From Bacillota bacterium (GTDB lineage: Bacteria > Bacillota > DTU025), in NCBI GenBank assembly GCA_050951805.1, contig JBMNJT010000002.1, forward strand, positions 320,001-384,000: 64,000 nucleotides of DNA, read 5' to 3'. Within the stretch, counting starts at the first letter, position 1. Every line of letters starts with the position of its first letter. Made by a program: the position numbers and the translations under genes. Below, one piece after another: positions 61,001 through 64,000 of this stretch. The notes under the pieces were generated by a model that was not told where the DNA came from, ran no database searches, and was given only the letters and a program-made list of their open reading frames with translations.

Positions 61001-62005
61001 AAGAAGATCTACAGCCGGGTGCCTGTGCTTATTAGAGAGGCTAGAGAAGGAAAGACCGAGGAGAATCCGTGGGGCTTGAGCTTCATGGCGATGTTTCACA
61101 TGGCCAATGATTCCGGCCTCTTCCGCACTTGGACCCAGCTCGAGGAAGAAGGTTGGCGGCTAGAGGGCAACATCTTTGTCAAGGACGGGAAGAAGTATCT
61201 GCCGTTATATGAGGCCAAGATGGTGCATCATTATGACCATAGGTGGGCGACGTATCTGCGGGATGGGGATACCACACGAGACAAGACGTCTGAGGAGAAG
61301 GCAGATCCTGCAAACTGTGTGATGCCGCGATACTGGGTGCCTGAAGAGGAAGTTGAAGCGCGGCTTGCGGGGAAGTGGGATAGGAAGTGGTTGATGGGGT
61401 GGAGGGATGTCTGCCGAAGCACGGATGAGAGGACGATGATTGCTGGAGTAGTGCCGAGGGTGGGGGTGGGGCACAAGTTTCTTCTGATGTTCCCATCGAA
61501 CTGCAGCACTTCCACGATGCTGTGTCTTCTGGCCAATCTTTCGTCTCTAGTGCTAGACTTTGCTGCAAGACAGAAACTTGGAGGTACATCCATGGCATAC
61601 TTCGTGGTCAAGCAACTAGCTGTGCTTCCACCTTCAAGGTATCTGTCGCCCACCCCATGGAATTCTGAATGTTGTCTGGAGCAATGGATAGCGAAACGAG
61701 TAGCAACTCTCCTCATGACCGCAGATGAAATGCAGGAGTCGGATTTTGACATTGATGGAGCGTATGAACCTGCCATGTGGGATGATGAACACCGATTCCA
61801 GGCTAGGTGCGAGCTGGATGCGGCGTTTTTCCACTTGTATGGCGTGGACAGGCATGATGTTGGATACATCCTGGATAAATTCCCCATCGTCAAGGAGCAT
61901 GATGAGAAAGCATATGGAGAGTTCCGAACAAAGCATGAGATTCTGAGAACATATGATGCTATGTCGGAAGCAATCAAGAGTGGGCGAGCGTACAGGCATC
62001 CATGA
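58028..62005 (+). CDS. Type IIG/DrmMI-like N6-adenine DNA methyltransferase (1325 aa)
   Basis: RKTTGSYYTP, DPACGSGAF, IYGVD.NP.AV, FDVVLGNPPW; N-terminal WGIVSNG..LRL domain; C-terminal target-recognition region; ATGA overlap. Confidence 0.9.
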   Translation: MKGRLNGRFAAVRTEGGLLPPDLIQRIAAGDASLPGLGSGSYHLARGERLNEAIARSWVRVRGAWGGFCEALEQLPQDDPAVRLTRERWLGVIFQELHYGRLPRASGLEIEGKAYPISHKWGNVPIHLMGYGVDLDKRTPGVAGAASMSPHGLVQEYINRSDGHLWGIVSNGRKLRLLRDNVSLTRQSYIEFDIEAIMRGELYSDFTLFWLLCHQSRLESEDPSECWLEQWAQIAKEQGARALEELRDAVEDAIERLGSGFLKHPGNQELRRKLRTGELSAEDYKNQLLRLIYRIIFLFVAEDRGLLHPEETDRCVKEVYADYYSVGRLRRLAERPRGGKHHDLYRSLQVVMEALGSDDGAPEIGLAPMGGGLWAPDFVPDLAHADVSNADFLAAIRKLTFMTRDGVRMAVDYANIGPEEIGGVYESLLELAPDLDADSGHFELVGVSGSARKTTGSYYTPRELIQSLLDSALDPVLNEAARQPYAEEAILGLKVCDPACGSGAFLIAAAHRMAGKLASVRTGDDEPSPEEVRKALRDVIGRCIYGVDLNPLAVELCKVNLWMETMESGKPLSFLDHRILVGNSLLGTVPALMEQGIPNDAFRAISGDDKKIASQCRRRNREERDATAMFVADGEGHSVSPRFLQETSGLVEAIAEINVLSNDDVLEIREKDARYKKLLESRDYRGQKFEADAWCAAFVWEKTKNAPEPITTAVFQSIKASPDWLAPEVREEVERITQQYKFFHWHLAFPDVFRLPFAGELPDNPDMGWCGGFDVVLGNPPWERLKIQEKEWFASRRPEITNAPNAAARARMIKELKAAEPWLYKEFMGDLRVADGESHFIRNSGRYPLCGRGDINTYSIFAETMKNIISLSGRVGAVIPSGLATDYTTRFFFQDIMGAGGLPALVSFYDFENRQGIFPGVHRSYKFSLVTMAGPGQPATEGADFVFFAQRVEDLKDPDRHVRLTMQDIELLNPNTLTVPTFRSKRDAEITKKIYSRVPVLIREAREGKTEENPWGLSFMAMFHMANDSGLFRTWTQLEEEGWRLEGNIFVKDGKKYLPLYEAKMVHHYDHRWATYLRDGDTTRDKTSEEKADPANCVMPRYWVPEEEVEARLAGKWDRKWLMGWRDVCRSTDERTMIAGVVPRVGVGHKFLLMFPSNCSTSTMLCLLANLSSLVLDFAARQKLGGTSMAYFVVKQLAVLPPSRYLSPTPWNSECCLEQWIAKRVATLLMTADEMQESDFDIDGAYEPAMWDDEHRFQARCELDAAFFHLYGVDRHDVGYILDKFPIVKEHDEKAYGEFRTKHEILRTYDAMSEAIKSGRAYRHP

Positions 62006-62378
62006 CAAAGAGTGATTGGCAAGGAAGCGCTCTCGCCTTGTTTCATTAGGTTCGAGTTTTCATCGTTGATACATGTATGATTGAATCGAGATGTCGGAAT
62101 GTTTTTGCCAGCTGCAGTGGAGAGGCTTCCAGAGGAAGCAATGCTATCTGTAATGTGTGGTAGTGGACGTGGCAACAGTGGTACGTGCATTGCTGCGACA
62201 GTACGCTTGAGTCTCAGGGAGTGGATGGCTTGCCAACCTTGGGAATTGCAGTGAGGGAGCATGGGTCATATGCAGACTCTGGGAATGAAACGGGTGCCCG
62301 ATTTGGTTGAAAACGCAAATTGGGCAAGAGGCCACCACATTGAACGGCAGACACCGGAATCATGGAGTGGTGTGATAG

Positions 62379-63257
62379 ATGAAGACGCTTGCAGATATGA
62401 TTCAAGAGTGGCAGTTGAGTATCGTCTCGATTCTCAAGGGGCTACAGGGTTACTGTAAGGTCAGATGTTGGAATTGGTCCAGCAGCTGGGTTGTATCAAG
62501 CGGTGTTTATTGCTTCTGGGCAGAACTTCCTCCCGAAGCACGCCCTATTCAGGCTAGGGTTCTTGAGGAATATCAACGATTGCACGATGTTCTTCAGGTT
62601 CTGTTGTGCGGCCAGCCAGATGACACTCTACGAGAATTGAAACAGGCGAATGAAGTGGTAATTGGTGTGATCAAGCAGGAAGGCTGTCTTCATTATGCCA
62701 CTGCTGATGAAGCTTTTTTGGAAGCCACAGAGGCCCTAAAAACCGCGGTTGGCCTTATTTCACGTCTTTACTCTGCTGAAGAAGACACGATAATTCTAGT
62801 GCCCGACACGAATGCGCTTCTCTATAACCCTGATCTTGATAGCTGGGATTTGTACGAAGGGCGGCAGTACAGGCTTGTTCTTCTGCCAACAGTACTGGCC
62901 GAGCTAGATAAGCACAAGATCAACCACAGGAACGAGAGTGTGCGCAAATGCTCAGAGCGGTTGATCAGGCAGATTAAGGAGTATCGCAGACGCGGAAGTC
63001 TAGTAGATGGGGTTACACTTCGGACAGGAAAAAGCGTGATTCAAACGGTTGCTATCGAACCTGACGCAAGTAAATCGCTTCCATGGCTCGACGCATCAAA
63101 CGAGGATGACCGACTACTCGCAGCGATGATCGAAGTAATCCGAAGGAATCCTCGAGCCTACTGCGTATTGGTAACACGGGATATCAACCTTCAGAACAAA
63201 GCTGAGTTCGCCAGAGTCCCTTATGAGGAACCTTCTGAACCTCAGAGGGCTAAGTAA
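62379..63257 (+). CDS. PIN-domain ribonuclease (Smg6/Swt1/PhoH-type PIN) with N-terminal helical domain
   Basis: VPDTNALL, PTVLAELD, NEDDRLL, LVTRDINLQNKA: acidic tetrad intact. Confidence 0.85.
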   Translation: MKTLADMIQEWQLSIVSILKGLQGYCKVRCWNWSSSWVVSSGVYCFWAELPPEARPIQARVLEEYQRLHDVLQVLLCGQPDDTLRELKQANEVVIGVIKQEGCLHYATADEAFLEATEALKTAVGLISRLYSAEEDTIILVPDTNALLYNPDLDSWDLYEGRQYRLVLLPTVLAELDKHKINHRNESVRKCSERLIRQIKEYRRRGSLVDGVTLRTGKSVIQTVAIEPDASKSLPWLDASNEDDRLLAAMIEVIRRNPRAYCVLVTRDINLQNKAEFARVPYEEPSEPQRAK

Positions 63258-63716
63258 GGTGAAGTCAGCTGATGTATTGAGAAACAACTGACTTTGGCCC
63301 CTGCGGTTCTGTGCATGTGTATGTTCGCAGTCTTGCTACGTGGCCGTAACTGGGTGTTGCAGCTCCATGTGCTCCGTGGTCTCGCCCGAATGTCCCCAGT
63401 CAACAGATACTTGCCCGTAGGTGTTGACCTTGGTGTGCACCGGGCTGAGGACGTGGACATAATCGTGTAACAAGTCACAGACTGCTACGAAATACTGATC
63501 TTGCCTTTAGAACTGTACTGCGTTGTTCTTACACAAGTCCACAGCTTTGCCAGGCGTAAGAAGTTTGTAGATGCAGAGCGATCATTGGTATCCGGAAATT
63601 GAATAGAGTTGTGAGTTTGTTAACGCCATTTCAGAAAACCAGATGCCTAGTGCGTAGACTGGGTGGCATTTCGGCTGTGAAGTTCTGTAACGGTATATGT
63701 TTGGGGGCTGTAATCG

Positions 63717-64000
63717 ATGAGCATAAACCTTCGTGGTTCATATCGAGCTTTGCTTGGCAATGCTATTGAGGCGCTTTCTGCAGCTGTTGAAATATACAAC
63801 AAACCAAAGATAAGCTACAGAGAGGAATGTTCGATAATACTCTTGATAAATGCGTGGGAGCTCCTATTGAAGGCACTATTATCCAAGAACAAGCAACGCA
63901 TTTACTATCCCAAGAAGCGGAATCAGCCCTATCGGACATATAGCTTGAAGGATGCATTGACAAAAGCCGAGGAATTTTTCCCGGAAAGCGTTGACTATCA
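63717..64000 (+). CDS. DUF3644-like protein, 3' truncated by the window end
   Basis: Not in ORF track; translated by hand: MSINLRGSYRALLGNAIEALSAAVEIYNKPKISYREECSIILLINAWELLLKALL... (A.EIYNKP / NAWELLLKA signature); GGGGG RBS. Confidence 0.8.
   Translation, partial: MSINLRGSYRALLGNAIEALSAAVEIYNKPKISYREECSIILLINAWELLLKALLSKNKQRIYYPKKRNQPYRTYSLKDALTKAEEFFPESVDY

Noticed and set aside
61231-62262. 343 aa antisense ORF over the MTase 3' end
   Set aside because: Codon-mirror shadow of the MTase frame with no motifs; the same applies to the many antisense ORFs in the track.
63280-63475. Minus-strand fragment HDYVHVLSPVHTKVNTYGQVSVD, faintly like an IS21 transposase C-terminus
   Set aside because: Too short and degraded to support.
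1-64000. CRISPR arrays, tRNA/rRNA genes, cobalamin or T-box riboswitches
   Set aside because: No regularly spaced repeats, cloverleaf motifs or riboswitch cores were seen by eye. An Infernal/Rfam scan would be decisive.

Overview
A bacterial chromosomal window, moderately GC-rich. It most likely comes from an anaerobic, spore-forming, diderm Bacillota. This is an inference from spore-coat-type ferritin-like genes plus CsgG-like, beta-barrel and periplasmic-type proteins. From about 0.8 to 44 kb the content is mostly housekeeping: a CopA with a fused C-terminal HMA domain; a secreted PPC-repeat protein; two convergent methylmalonyl-CoA operons (split mutase, meaB, epimerase, and the Na+-pumping decarboxylase mmdADCB); ltaE; a GH13 enzyme; iolB; bioY; an AddAB-like helicase-nuclease pair; a liv ABC transporter; and an NSS transporter. 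From about 44 kb the window is an accessory region holding IS630 and Uma2 fossils and orphan envelope genes. It ends in a probable defence island. Its core is a translationally coupled 12 kb operon encoding a YprA/DUF1998 helicase fused to a Vsr-like nuclease, a DrmD-like SNF2 helicase and a type IIG-like N6-adenine methyltransferase. A PIN-domain gene and a DUF3644-like gene (truncated by the window end) follow. This DISARM-related but non-canonical locus is the best candidate for a poorly described system. Two probable genes running off the window edges are absent from the ORF track. No rRNA, tRNA or CRISPR array was seen. All family calls are from motif recognition by eye; no database searches were run.
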